Shown: positions 50,370 through 63,618 of the stretch, in pieces
Position numbering within the stretch: position 1 is the stretch's first letter
Layout of the letters: each line of letters opens with the position of its first letter
From: Narcine bancroftii
Lineage: Eukaryota
Direction of reading: 5' to 3'
Length of the DNA stretch: 64,000 bases
Assembly: GCF_036971445.1 (NCBI RefSeq)
Contig: NC_091476.1
Span: forward strand, 27,528,001-27,592,000
Program-made: the position numbers and the translations under genes
The notes under the pieces: generated by a model
The model's input: only the letters and a program-made list of their open reading frames with translations
The model's database searches: none
What the model was told of the DNA's origin: nothing

Positions 50370-52090
50370 GAGATATTTAATTCAGAAAGCACCATGCGCT
50401 AGGGGAGAGAGGGGAACAAAAGTGGGTGATGGATGGCTGGAGGAGTAGGAATGGGAGGACTGGAGTTGAATCAGAAGGAGAGAGCAAGGTACACAGGACG
50501 CAAGAGTTGCCTGAAAATTCAAGGTTTATAACCATTGGACTACCTGAATGTTGTTCATCTAGTTTCCATTGGCCCTCACCCTGGCAGTGGAGAAAACTGA
50601 GGATGGACAAATCAGTGTGGAATTAGAAAAGGGAATTATAATGGTGTGTGGCTGGGTGTTTGGGAAGAACATAGAGCATAGAGTGCAGGTGGTCTGCAGT
50701 CCTGTTACTTAGTTGGTCTCATTGGGAACATTGAATGCAGTAGGCAAGATTGGAAGAGGTGTATGTGACTTTTTACTTCATCTGAAGAGCTTTTTAGGTC
50801 CCTGAATGGTGGTAATGGAGGAAGTGTAGGAACTAGTGTTGTATCTCCTATGGTGGTCAGAGGAAGGTGCCAGGGATCAGAATGGGGGTGGTGGGGGGGG
50901 GTGGGGAGGGAAAGGCAGAAGGGGTGAACATGTCAAGGACAGGAAGATGTGGCTATTGACGGGTCCCATTTCTGCTGGCAGATATAGAAGGGTGACAGAT
51001 AAGGACTGAGGGTCTCCATCTCTGTTCTATATGGGAAGGGGTCAAAAGAGGTCTGGGAAATGGGGAAAAATGCGAGAGAGGGTCCCATCAACAACAGTAA
51101 AAGGGAAAGCCACCTTTAAAATATCCTGGAAGGAATAACCTCAACTCAGAGCAGATATGCAGAGTTGGAGAAACTGGGAGAGAGGGATGGTATCCATGTG
51201 AGAGAGAGAGAGGTTGGGAAGGGTGCAGACTAGGTTCTGTGGGAGAGGTGGGTTTATTGAAAATATCAGTTCAGAGTTTGTCTCCTGCTATGGAGCAGGG
51301 GGAGAAACGTTCAAGTGAATGGGTGAGTGGGCCTGAAAAAGATGAAATTAATGAGTTCCAAACAGTTGCAAGAAGCAGCACCAATGAATCACTAATGTAA
51401 CAAAAAGTGTTGGTGAGTGGTATCAGTGAAGATTTGGAACAAGGACTGTTTCACACAGCCAACAAAAAGACAGGCATAGCAGGGATTCCTGACAGTGCCC
51501 ATGGCTACACCTTTTGATTTGTAGGAAATGAGAGGATCCAAAGATCTCCAAAGATAAGTTCTGCCAGGTGGATGAGAATGTTAGTGGTGGGAAACTGGTT
51601 GAATCTTTGTAGCAGAAAGAAGTGGAGGGTTGTAAAACCTTCCTGGTGCAGGATGGAGATGTATAAAGATTGAATATCCATAGTGAGAAATAGGCAGTGG
51701 GAGCCAAGGAATTGGACATTGGACATTTTGACAAAGTCTCCCAGACAGAGGTGAAAAGGGATTGGAGAAGAGGAAATAAAGAGTCAAGGTATGAGGAGAT
51801 AATTTCAGTGTGGCAAGAGCAGGCAGAAACAATGTGCCAATTAGAACAGTCTTGTCAGGTCAGAGATAGAAGTAGAAAAAACAGGGTTGGGGCACTATCA
51901 AGTTGGCACCTGCCAAGTGGAGGCCTCCTGATGTGATGAGATCTGTGAGAATGTGGGAGTCAGGGGTCTGGTTTTTGTTGGTGGGACCACGATCTAGTGG
52001 TAGATACAAGGAGATGCCAGAGATGGACTCTCCTGTGAAATCCAGAAGGCAAAGTGTGGGTAAACTCAGAAGATCCATAGGCAGTTGTGT
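50370..52090 (-). mobile_element. Degraded Penelope-like element (RT and GIY-YIG region)
   Basis: Reversed FLTMDIQSLYISI, FLQIK and GxxMG...YACLFVG remnants. Confidence 0.78.
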
Positions 52091-52094
52091 GACA

Positions 52095-52845
52095 CATGAG
52101 GTGCATGAGGCAAGGTATCAAAACAATAGCAACCTTGCGAGTCAACAATAACAAAAATTCCTTTCCGGATGGACTGAACATGCCTTTTGACAAGAAGAAT
52201 AGGCTGGCACCAAAGAAAGCTCTGTCTGCCCCTGAAGAATAGGCCTCTTGCATAGCCGTGACCGAGGAGAGGAGAATCCTATCCAAGGCGAACCCACATA
52301 AGGCAGCAGGTGCATTCAACATACCTGGTTGGGCAATGAAGGGTCATGCAGACCAACTGATGGAGGTCTTCCGAGAGATCTTCAACACATCATTGCACCA
52401 GTCCTTGTCCCCGCTGATTTCAAGGCAGCCACCATCATCCCAGCACCAAAGAGGGTGACAGTAATAGGCTTCAACGACGACCTGTGTCTCTCTCTTCCCC
52501 CTCCCTCCCCACTCATGTGATTGTTGTTTAAAGAGGGCTGGTAAAATGAGGGAGGATCTTTAACCACCCTGCACACAGCATCTTCCAGCTATTCCCATTG
52601 AGAAAGAGATACAAGAGTATCTGAGCCAGAACTACCAGCTGAGGAACAGCTTCTTCCTATGGACAGTGAGAATGCTGAATCACTAATGAGCTGTTAAAAC
52701 AACCCTCTGAGGCTCAATTATTTATTATTAATATTTATTTTAAATGTTTGAATATATGTGCTGGGACTGAATGTGTGTTTGCACTGTGGACCAAAGAGTG
52801 TTGTTTCATTCAGTTGTCCTACAGTCGATGATAAATTTGAACTGA
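52095..52845 (+). mobile_element. Rex1/Babar LINE fragment, internally deleted
   Basis: NPHKAAG, ADQLMEVFREIFNTSL and FKAATIIPAPK motifs, then 3' region and tail. Confidence 0.75.
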
Positions 52846-53744
52846 GAGTGGCCATCTAGTCTCTGCAAGGTGGAAATCAATGTGTCAGGCTACAGCAGCA
52901 CTGCTGCTATCTGCAGGTTTGATGATTAAGTTGGGATTAGTGCAATATGATGAGACTGTTATCCATTTGGATGGATGAGGCTGGAATGGGTGAAAAGAGT
53001 GGAAAAGTCGAGGTGGCTGATTTCATGACAGCAATTGGAAATAAAAAGGTTAAGGGGAGGCAAAAGGTTTGAATAAGTGTCCACAAAGGAGAGGAGCATC
53101 GGAGATGCAAAAAGAGGTCATCAAGTGGGAATGACAACTTTGCCAAATTACGAGCGTGGCAGCTCCTCCTAAATTAGTCTCACTTGGGCTAATTAATTTC
53201 ATTGTTGAGACTTTTGCCCAGTACAGATAACCAACGGATTAGAAATAAACTGCATCATCAGCCATCACCTTCAGATGGAAGAAAAAGATTGAAACCCCTT
53301 TTATTTGCCAAAGGAATTGATGTTCTACAGTATTGTTACTAAGATTTTAGTTGCAACTGGTTGGTAATTACTGAGTAGAAAATGTGGTCTGTTTATTGCA
53401 GAGCAAACATTCAACAACAAGATTCTCCCTCTTCCCTTCTCCCCCTTCTCCCTATCCTCCTCACCTGCATATCACATGAGCTCTATGACGCTCAATTGTA
53501 TAACATTTTTCTTTCTTTCTGTGGATATTTAGTAGATGGCCTTAAGATGTACAGAACAGCAAATCGTGCAATTGTAGAATTCAGGGTCTGCATTACTATT
53601 TTAAAGTCATGTAACTACTTGAGATTGGAGTACTGGGTGGAACTGGAAATGCTTGCTCATTAGATTTAATTTGTTTATTTTCAAGTAAATTATACATTTC
53701 CTTTCCAAAGAGTTCAATTGACTTTGCATCTGGAGATTTTGGAG

Positions 53745-54160
53745 TAAGTGCTTTAATGTGCAAAGTAAGAGCCCTTAAATGAGTCTCTGATTGAGTTTGT
53801 TGTTGAGGAGTCTGGTGGTGCAGGGGGAGCACCTGTTCCTGAACCTGGTGGTGTGAGTCTTGTGGCATCTATACTTCCTTCCTGATGGCAGCAACGAGAA
53901 CAGAGCGTGCTCTGCGTGGTGTGGGGCCTTGATGATTGCTGCTGCTGCTCTCCCAACGGCAACCTTTCACATGCAGTTTTTAATCGATGGTTGGGAGAGT
54001 TTTGCCAGTGACGTACTGGGGTGTGTTCACTACCTTTTGTAGGGCTCTCCGCTCTGAGGGAGTGGTGTCCCCATTACCAGGCCTTGATGCAGCCGGTCAG
54101 CACACTTTCCACTGAGGTTTTTGATGTCATATAGCAACCCTCCGCAAACTGCTGAGTTTT
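53745..54160 (-). mobile_element. Rex1/Babar 3' fragment
   Basis: Homologous to 7260-7640. Confidence 0.8.
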
Positions 54161-55547
54161 GACTTTTTTTTCGGTCTAGTATTGTCTCCTAATGATGGAT
54201 TGCAGCAAGTTTCCCATCATGATATGAAAAGTAACTGACTTGCCTTGTCAGATTGGATGTTGGCCAAAGCAATACCTATTTAAAAAAAAACCTAAGGCAG
54301 ATACTAGTAGCTTCAATTAACTGAATATTAGTAGTCTATAAATACTAATTAATATTAATTTAGTGAAGAATTCCACATTCCCCTTGATGTCTTTTGGAAA
54401 TAGGCTGCATTTGGAAAGTTGAATGGGTGGAATAGTTAAATTTCCTACCTGTGGCAAAATTTCACGAGAGAGGCAGTTAGTTAATGCTAAAGAAATTGCA
54501 GTACCACAGGAATCTGCCAGTTATGTGACAAAACTTCAGCAAAAAGCCTGGAAAAGTAGCTGCAGCCCTAGCTTGACCATTTCTTGCAGAACTTCTGAAA
54601 CTTGGCCATCGGAGTTCTGACAACAATCTTGTAAAAGTTCACTATTATAAGGAACTTAAGAATGAGCTTTTTTTGAGTCCATTTTACCATTCTGTTAAAT
54701 CACAACTACTCTGTACTTTTAACTCCATCTTCCCACCGCTTGCAATCCTTTTGTTTGCAGTCTGGGATCCTCATAGTGAGTTTGATTATCATTTAAATGC
54801 TTGAAACTGGAATTTAACACGTGCAAAACTTTGGAACAATGAAAAAAAACAAGCAATTAAATCAGGAAAACACATTCTGGAGAAACACAGCAGGTCAACC
54901 AGTGTCCTTTATATAGCAAAGGTAAAAATATATAACTGATTTTTTTTTTGGGCCTTCATCAAGGTATGGAAAAATGTTGGCAGGCTTCGCCCTGCTTGAC
55001 CTGCTGAGTTCCTCCAGCATTGTGTTTTAACTTCAGCCATGGTGTTTGCAGATTTTTGTGTTTTATTTTCAACAACATCAGAAGTTAAGAAACAGTGATA
55101 ATTGATCAGATATTGTGTGCAAAATGTCCAAACGCTGTAGTGCTCTTGAGAACAAAATAACCCAAGTGCTGAACTATTTCAACAAAACGGAAGAAAATAG
55201 GTCAGAGGATATTATGCTGGAACTGTACAGTGCTCTGTTCCGATGACTGCGTTCAAGACAAACATTCCCTGGGTGGAGTACCAAGTGCATTATGAAGTGA
55301 ACATTCAAACAAAATACATTTCAGCAGTTTTAGGGTATTTACTTCTTTGAGTCTGGATTCTGGATGATTTTTTTTCAACATCTTAGCTCTATTTTCCTTT
55401 ACTTCCCCCAAATCCATTCATTCCCGTAATATCCAGAAATGAATCCATTTCTGTTTCCAAAGATTTACTGCCTTCCAACTGAAGCCCTTCCTAAGTGCTA
55501 AATGGCCTCCTCTTATTCGGATACAGTGATTCATGAGGTAGCGTTTA

Positions 55548-55782
55548 TTTTTAAATTTAGACATCCAGATCTGTGACAGGTCAAATCAGCCTTAAGAGTC
55601 TGTGCCGCCCAATTTACACCCCATTAACCTACACCCTCGTACTTTTTTTTTTTGAAGGGTGGGAGGAAACCGGAGCCCCCGGAGAAAACCTTACAGACAG
55701 CGCGGAATTCAAACCAAGTTCTGGTCCCGATCACTGGTACTGTAAAGGTGTTGCGCTGACCGCTACACCAACTGCACTGCCC
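55548..55782 (-). mobile_element. tRNA-derived V-SINE
   Basis: Same family, reversed. Confidence 0.83.
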
Positions 55783-55889
55783 ATTTTGTGATGGACACCT
55801 GGTGAACTTCCTATTCTTCATACAAAAGGGTGATATGTACAATGCCCTCCATGTTTGGGACAAAGACATTTTTTTCCTTTATTTGCCCC

Positions 55890-56230
55890 TGTGCTCCACA
55901 CTTTTAAATTTGTAATCACACAATTCACATGTAATTAGAGTGCACATTTCCAGATTTTATTCACAGTTATTTGTATACATTTTTGTTTGACCATGTAGAA
56001 ATTACAGCACTTTTTATACATAGTCCCCTTCTTTCAGGACACCATAATGTTTGGGACATTTGGCTTCACAGGTGTTTGTGTGTTGGCTTCACAGGTATGT
56101 TTAACTGCTTCATTGGTGCGGGTATAAGAGAGCGAGGCTTGCTTCTAAGCTTTTGATCACCTTTGGAGTCTGTAATTCCAATTTTTCAACATGACAGCCA
56201 GAGTTGTGCCAATGAAAGTCAAAGAAGCCA
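55890..56230 (+). mobile_element. Tc1-like DNA transposon 5' fragment
   Basis: CACCATAATGTTTGGGACA inner-repeat-like motif, TATA-like GGTATAAG, and the start of a transposase-like ORF (MTARVVPMKVKEAI). Confidence 0.6.
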
Positions 56231-57342
56231 TAGAGCAAGCAGAAGAGTTTCAGCTTAATGTGGAAATCGTGTTGGGTGCAGGCACGTGGGCCTAAGATCT
56301 ATTCCTTGTGCCATCTTGTTCTGTCTACCAATATTTTCTCTCAATGTTTGATCAAGGCTATAGTCCAAACATACCAGTAATGAAGAAAATAAATTCCTTG
56401 TCACTAAGGCACAAAGGTCATGTTTAAGCTTGGCAGCATTCCCAAGGCAGATCCTGAGAGCTAAAAGGATATGAAAAGCACAAATGTCTCCAGTCTATTA
56501 AAGGATATGACAATCAGGAGACTATAGGAAATGATGGAGCAAAAACAAAAGCAGAGGAAAACACAGGCAGGCATCTGCTGTGAAATATTCTTTGGATTTT
56601 TTCTGATTTTTTTTAAAGCCAATTGTGATTCAAATTCTCTACATTTATGTCCAGTTTGTCTCTGCCTTGTTTTTCTTCCCTATCCACCCTTTCCCTCTGT
56701 TTTGAGTTATTACCAACTTTTTTTCTTTTCATTTTCCATGATGGTAAAACAAGAGTAGTTGTAACCTTTACAATGCGTACTATGGAAAGAAGAAATTGGG
56801 ATCATGACTGGGGGGGGGGGATCACGGTTCCAATCAAACAAAAAAAAAATTAAATTACAGTTCAATTATTTATTGTTTTAAGTCACACAAAGGATACTTT
56901 CATTACCCCCCCAGGTTTTTAGTAACATGTGCAAGTTAAATTTGTCTCTTTGGTTGTTGATGTCACTCAATCCTTTTTTTTTGCATTCATAATGCTGCAA
57001 TGTGGATATTTTACAGCTGCGTTCACTTTCAGGGCTGAGTAAGGAAAGTACAGAATGTGGACTTCAGTGGCAGATAATGACACAGAAGAAAATGTCACTT
57101 GCTGTCAGAATACTCATCCAAAGTTCAATGCATTGTCCCTCTGACATTTAGTGCAGAAATGTCTTCAAAAAGCAAGAAAAGAATGTGGGGAAGATGGCTG
57201 GTGCCACCTGACCTGCTGATTATTTCTAGCCTTTTCTGTTCTGAATGCATAACTCCCACTCCTCTGGTTACATTTTATTCTTGAACTCTTTTTTTTTAAA
57301 CTGTCCCATTCAGAACTCTTCCATTTTCAATTAAGATCGACA

Positions 57343-57540
57343 GGTATGGTTAGTGTAACACCGTTACAGCATCAGCTATTTGAACGTTCTCTCTGTGTCT
57401 GCTTGGGTTTTCCCCGTGGCTCCAGTTTCCTCCCACCCTCCAAAAATAAGCTCGGGGTTGTCAGTCAAATTAGGAGTAATTGGGCAGCATGGGCTTGTAG
57501 GCCGAAAGGGAGCATTGCCATGCTGTATGTTTAAATTTAA
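57343..57540 (+). mobile_element. tRNA-derived V-SINE whose tail is tandemly amplified
   Basis: Partial head, V-domain GGGTTTTCCCCGTGGCTCCAGTTTCCTCCCAC, then the tail unit. Confidence 0.8.
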
Positions 57541-57921
57541 CTTGTAGGCCGAAAGGGAGCATTGCCATGCTGTATGTTTAAATTTAACTTGTAGGCCGAA
57601 AGGGAGCATTGCCATGCTGTTTGTTTAAATTTAACTTGTAGGTCGAAAGGGAGCATTGCCATGCTGTATGTTTAAATTTAACTTGTAGGCCGAAAGGGAG
57701 CATTGCCATGCTGTATGTTTAAATTTAACTTGTAGGCCGAAAGGGAGCATTGCCATGCTGTATGTTTAAATTTAACTTGTAGGCCGAAAGGGAGCATTGC
57801 CATGCTGTTTGTTTAAATTTAACTTGTAGGTCGAAAGGGAGCATTGCCATGCTGTATGTTTAAATTTAACTTGTAGGCCGAAAGGGAGCATTGCCATGCT
57901 GTATGTTTAAATTTAACTTGT
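57494..57921 (+). repeat. 47-bp minisatellite, 9 copies
   Basis: Unit CTTGTAGGCCGAAAGGGAGCATTGCCATGCTGTATGTTTAAATTTAA; units start at 57494, 57541, 57588 ... 57870. Confidence 0.97.
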
Positions 57922-57959
57922 GGCAAGCTGATGCACCCTCAGAGGATGGCACATGGTTT

Positions 57960-59450
57960 TATATTGTGTATATGTTCTATTATTGAGGATGTGGCCAATG
58001 GCAGTGAGGCCAGCATTTATTGTCCACCCCCCAATTGTCATTGATGTTGAAGACCCACATTCTTGAACCACTGCAATCTTTCTGAAGAAGCTCTTTCCAC
58101 AGTTTTGAGGTTCAGACCCAGCAATCATGAGGGAATGGTAATAACTTTCCAAGCCAAGTTGGTGTGTAGCTTGGAGAGTAACCAGCAGGTAATGCTAGTT
58201 CCAATTATGGCAGTGGTCCATATGTTTCTTTATGGTAGAGGTCACGGGTTTGTGAGATGCTATAAGAGAAGTCTGGGCAGTGCACCTTGTAGATCATTCA
58301 CATTGCAGCCATGAATTAATAAATGTTTAGGATGCTACATGAAGCACCAATTAAGCTGGCTGATTTGACCAGAATGGAATTGAGCTTCTTGAAGCAGCAT
58401 TTGCTCAAGAAAGTGGAGTGCATTCCACTGCACTTTTGAAGTCCCTCGTCGATGGTAATTTCAAAGAATACCCACCTTCTGACATGCTCTTGTAGCCAAG
58501 AGTCTTTGCAGCAGTTCATCTGAGCTTCTAGTCAGTGGTGAGCCCCAGGATGTGTGGATTATGGGAGCTATGAGATGCCGCTAGTTTTGAATGTTAAGAA
58601 TAGGTGGTTGCAATCTCTCTTGTTGGAGATGATAATTGCGTGACATTTTTCTAATGGATCTGCGACTTGTCGCTGACCGGAATCTTGTCAAGGTTTTTCT
58701 GTGTATAGACTGGCACAGATTACTTCATTTGCTGAAGAGTTCCAATTGAAATTGAATAATTTGCGATCAACAGTGAATATCTCCTGCTCCCCTTCTAACT
58801 CTGCAATGGAGGGAAGGTTGTTGATAAAGTAGCTGGAGGGTTTCCCTGCAGGGATTAGTGGCCTTGAACAATTTTGCCCATCTTTCTTTGAGGTATGTCT
58901 TCAACCATCGGAGTGTATTCTGCTCGATGCCCATTTACTTCACTTTTACCAGGAGTCCTTGTTCAAATATGTCCTTGTCATTTGCACCTCACCTCTGGAA
59001 ATCAGCTCCTTGGTCCATGTTTCAAGCTAGGTTTTGATGAGATACAGAGCTAAGTGATTGCTGGAAGTGGATCACTTGAGAAAAAGTACCATTTGATAGC
59101 ATTGTGGATAACATCTTCCATCATTTTTCTCAGGTTTGGCCATTTGGGTAGTAATTAGCTAGATTGGATTCATTCTGCATTTTTGGTGAATAGGACAAAA
59201 TTTTCTACGTTGTCAGTTACATTTCACATCACAAGATATAGGAGCAGAAGTAGTCCCATTGCCCCATCAGTTCTATCTGTTCTGGAACATTCTGGTTAAA
59301 ACATTGAGAGTTCAGGAACAAGTGCCTCTAGTAATACCACAGGAATGTGGTCTGATCCTTTAGTCTCTGCTGTATTCAGTGCCCTCATCTTGATGTTATT
59401 TGGAGTGGATTAAATTGGCTGAAATTGCTCTTCAAACCAGTAAAAGCTAG
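57960..59450 (-). mobile_element. Old degraded LINE (CR1/L2 group) fragments
   Basis: GGCCAGCATTTATTGTCCA...CCCAATTG end motif and degraded RT-region sequence; the family assignment is uncertain. Confidence 0.5.
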
Positions 59451-61594
59451 AGGTACGTAGCACGTGTAAATGGAAATGGAATTATAGTTTGGACTTGAGC
59501 CCAAGAATATTCTCAGTAATCGGCTGAATGAGGTATTTGCTGCCACATGCCAGTAAAGGCGCACAAAGAGATGCCGCTAGTCTGCTCCTCTACCAAGAAG
59601 ACCCAATTCAAAGTCCTTGCATCCCACCACCTCCTCTGATGGAGCCGCCTCATGTGCTCCTCCAACTTGCGTAGCTGAACGGCCTCCTGTTCCAATGGTG
59701 AACTCGAGCTCCAGGCATCCAAGTCACCCTCCTTGGCCCCTGCTTCCAAACCGAAGCTGCCAATGCTAGAAGCCCTACTCGTCATAGCCGCTCACAAGTC
59801 CCAAGGTCCAGTAGCCCACGGCCTGGTGTAAAGCCTCAGGCACTGAGCCCCTCAGTCTGCTGCTTTGGTCTCTTTCTCCTCTAGAGCCTTTGCCTAGGCT
59901 TCTCCTTGATGGGATGATGTTCTACTCTGGTGCCTTGCGCTGGTCCGCTGCTCCCCCAAAGCCTGCATCCTTCTCTGTGTGGGCTGCCAAGCAGAGTTGC
60001 CAACATCTTGGGCATAGATCTCCATGGGATCACTAATATTATATATATAAAAAAACAATGGCCCTGTTCTAAAGGCGCTTTAAACCTCTATGTGGGCTGT
60101 CAACATAATGACCAGGCAGTAGGACCCTGCAAAGGAGTGCTGGAAGATGCATCTCTGTTTCCTACTCCTCCCAGATTCACACCGGCCACCATGTTGCCAT
60201 TACTGTTTATATACCATCTATTATTTTCTCACCAGTAACAATACACTGTGTTTTTCCTCTCTGCGCCTGCAAGATGACTATTCGGTGTGATTATGATCAC
60301 TCAGGTTTATTTTTTGAGGGTGTTGAGCACTGAGCTTGTTAGAATTTTGGACAGAAGAGGATTTGAACATTATTATCTCAGCAAGGTTGAGTAAGCTGAT
60401 TGCCTACCCCTACCCCTGCTTCTGTGTGTTTTATTCTTGAGTCTCATGCAGCTGTTTTCCTCCGTTGCTTCCCCTTTCTGTCTGCTCTGGTCCAGTCCAA
60501 ATCAGCTGTTTATGTTGCTTTACCATGTGGCATATTAGCTCCTAAAACCTGTACTCTTTGCTTGGCAACATACAGCTTGTGCACTCGTGTTGGCGCAGTT
60601 AAGTCTGAGCTTAGTACAATGCATATTCACGCTTAATGATTTCACTACCTGATTCACTAGGTGCTGTTTTGTGACTTGACTGGGACAGATCCAATTCTAG
60701 AAGCCCAGACAAATGAAAACCAATTCTAGGAGGTGGGATGGGGCCTGCAAAGCCCTTACTATTAGTTCCTCAAATGTAACAATATTTTTCAACAAACACT
60801 GGAGGCAGATTAATAGGTGCCGCCATCTTGGGCGCAGACTTGCAGTCATGGGATTTCAAATAAAACCACCGTTGGCTCCCTCAACAGCCCATGCGGACTA
60901 AACCCCGCGGGTTGGGACCAGTGGCAGTGCTGCTGCTACGGCGGGTCTGGCAGGACCATCATCTTTTCATAAAATATTTGTAAGAGACAGAGCTGGCTGT
61001 CATCTTCATTGTCACAGAATCCCTGTTCAAATACATTAATCAGTTTGCTTTGTTGATGTAGGATTGTTTACCATGACCAAACATTTGAAGTATTTAGACT
61101 GGTGGGCGAGGCAAGGCCCTACCTTTTAATTGTTCTTGCTGTCTTCATGGTTGCTAGTCACTGCCAGCAAAAACAGAGTTGAATTTAAATGTCATTGCTG
61201 ATAAAAAGTGCATCTGGACACCTGAGAACTGGGGGTAGAAGTCATATATATATATGACTCAGTAAGATCTCAATAGATGGAATTTGTTGTTATTGGCATA
61301 ATTGTCAGGAAATATATTTTGCATACTGAAAAGTAGAGTACAATGCATCAAAATAATTGCAGAGCACCTATTCTACAAAGCAATTTCCCATAAAGCACAA
61401 ATAACTCCAGATTTTTAAGTTCCCCTCGGGTTAAAGATTTGGTGAAATGATTCAGGAATACGTGGATTTAAGGTTGATTTCGGGAGCTGGTTTATTGATG
61501 GAATTGCTAACGATAATGAACCTGTCCATAACAATATTTAAGCTTGCCCAAGGCCATAATCTGTGCAACCTTAGTGAAGAAGTAGTTTATATTT

Positions 61595-62406
61595 GATCTG
61601 ATCTTCATTTTGTTTTGCCTTGAATATTTTATTTAAATTTTCCATACATGTCTTCATGTCAAAATACAAAATATAATAATCGTATCGTCATATCAATTCC
61701 ATTACATGATAGTTTTATAAACTGGCACCAACCCCCTCTCCCCCCCCCCCCCCATAAGGATAGAAAAGGAAGAAAGAAAATACAATTAGTAAAGAAAAAA
61801 GAAGCAGACCTGGTTGCCAAGGGATCTCCACCTTCCACGCGATTCTAACCTTTTTTTTCCAGTTCTATTTATTTATTTATTTATTCCAAGGAGTTAATGA
61901 GGTTTATGGAAAGCCATTTATAAATTTGTACCTACAATATGTAAATATGGACACCAAATTTTCAAAAAGACATCATGTAAAAGATGGGAGAGAAGACACC
62001 AGAAGATTTTGTATTTAAATAGGAACCAAGGTTAATATTTAGTGACAGAGAAACTCCACTATTGAAGCATTTGATTAATATATGGATGTAGTAAATACTG
62101 AAATGGAAATGAGGAATCCTGTGTTCTCTAAAATGCCTTTTGAATCAAAATAGACTTATCCCATTTATAATGAATCATCAAGTTTTGAATATTTGATTTT
62201 CTAAGGGAATTAGAAATATAGATATGAAGGAGGAAATGTAAAGTCATTTGAACAATTAACAAATAAATGTAGAATGGAAAAATAATACAATATTTTCTTA
62301 TTATCAAATAAAAGCATATTTGTGAGATAAACTGGGTCCAACAATGTTATTGCCTAAAAGTAGTGAAATAGAAACCTTGATTTGTAATAGATCTTGTCTT
62401 CATTTT
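61595..62406 (-). mobile_element. Second 5'-inverted L1-clade LINE (older)
   Basis: 3' end on the minus strand (DVFLKIWCPYL*, G-tract, AATAAA; 61612-61977) joined to a degraded upstream ORF2 piece on the plus strand (61978-62389), homologous to 22440-22860; imperfect TSD GATCTgaTCTTCATTTT / GATCTtgTCTTCATTTT. Confidence 0.78.
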
Positions 62407-62925
62407 GCATCTTTTAAATTAATTGTGGTACATTTGTGTTTCCAATCTTAACCATGGCTTCTTCGAGCTATAGATGGTCACTTTGATCTTGAGGATTGTG
62501 CAGGCAAAAGTAGACAGGAGACCGATCCTTTTCTGCATAATTAATTACTGGCATTCTGCATTTGTTCATTTCTAGGATCTAATATGGTGGAATGTTTAAA
62601 AGACTACAACTGAAATGATGATAGTAAATGGACAGCAAGATGATGTCAAACTGGACAACAGTTGGTGGACATTCTTGTGAGTTGGAGACCAAACACAAAG
62701 ATTGGGCAGCCCCATGAGTTAAACACTTAATGCAGAAACCATTGTGGTGAGTGAATCCAGGCATTGTTTACAAATTTTGATATTGTTCATCTTTTTAAAA
62801 ATAATTCTCTGTTTAACTCTGTTTCAGGATTGAACATTCTGACATTTCCATCTGTGGCCTCACTTCATAAGGAAGAGGTTGTTGCCTTTGGTGCTGCCAT
62901 TAACCCTTAGGGTGATTGCAGAATT

Positions 62926-63044
62926 ATGTCAAGCCAGATAGAGTTGATCAATCTTTCATTCCTGTCGGATAAAGAAAAGGAAGAAATCATGAAAGTTCTC
63001 ATCCGTGATGAACAGTTGCGGACAGTGGAGGAAAAGCGAGTAAG
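62926..63044 (+). CDS. SYTL4: Synaptotagmin-like protein (Rab27-binding SHD domain), first coding exon; most likely SYTL4/granuphilin
   Basis: MSSQIELINLSFLSDKEKEEIMKVLIRDEQLRTVEEKRV(R) is the Slp homology domain N-terminus; ctgtttcag acceptor ending at 62827; GTAATG donor. SYTL4 is adjacent and divergent to CSTF2 in human; the sequence alone also resembles SYTL5. Confidence 0.82.
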
Positions 63045-63176
63045 GTAATGAAGAGAGAGGAAATGTTGGAATAAGACTACTGTCAAATTGTTTCCAATCA
63101 CTTCTGGTGTGATGTCACATTCTGCAAAACTACTGTCTAACTGTTTTGAACCATATGATGTAGGGATGACTGATAA

Positions 63177-63310
63177 CACTGGAAAACAAAGATTTTGTTC
63201 CTGAAAACTTTTGGGTTTTGGGCTGTTTATCATGAAAATAACCTTAAAATTTTCCTTTCACATTCCGTCTTTTTTTTTTTAGATCTAACATATTTTTGTG
63301 ATTTGCTGTC
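63177..63310 (+). mobile_element. 5' end of a related Chapaev3-type element
   Basis: TAA|CACTGGAAAA...TTTTGGGCTG...GAAAATAACCTTAAAATTT, similar to 26008-26150. Confidence 0.7.
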
Positions 63311-63548
63311 AAATTGGGTGAGCTTTGGGAATGTTCCGATCGCAGATGCTGTCAGGTCCTTTTATAATTCATCAACAGGAGCCTCCAAGCTGTTCCTCTC
63401 TGTTTCTGTCTGCTCCCTTTGTTGAAATTGCAAGCTAATCCTTTGAAGGGGGTGCTGCTGTCCTTCGCTTCCCATGTATGAGTGCTAAACTTACAGCTGG
63501 GGTAGCCAATGTGAATGTGTGTTAGCGCACGTGTGGAATGGTCTATGT

Positions 63549-63550
<2 letters not shown>

Positions 63551-63615
<65 letters not shown>
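63551..63615. repeat. (AC)n microsatellite
   Basis: Directly visible. Confidence 0.97.

Positions 63616-63618
<3 letters not shown>

Noticed and set aside
57494-57921. CRISPR-like array, or ORF 57376-57615
   Set aside because: Head-to-tail SINE-tail repeats with no spacers; the ORF is a repeat artefact.
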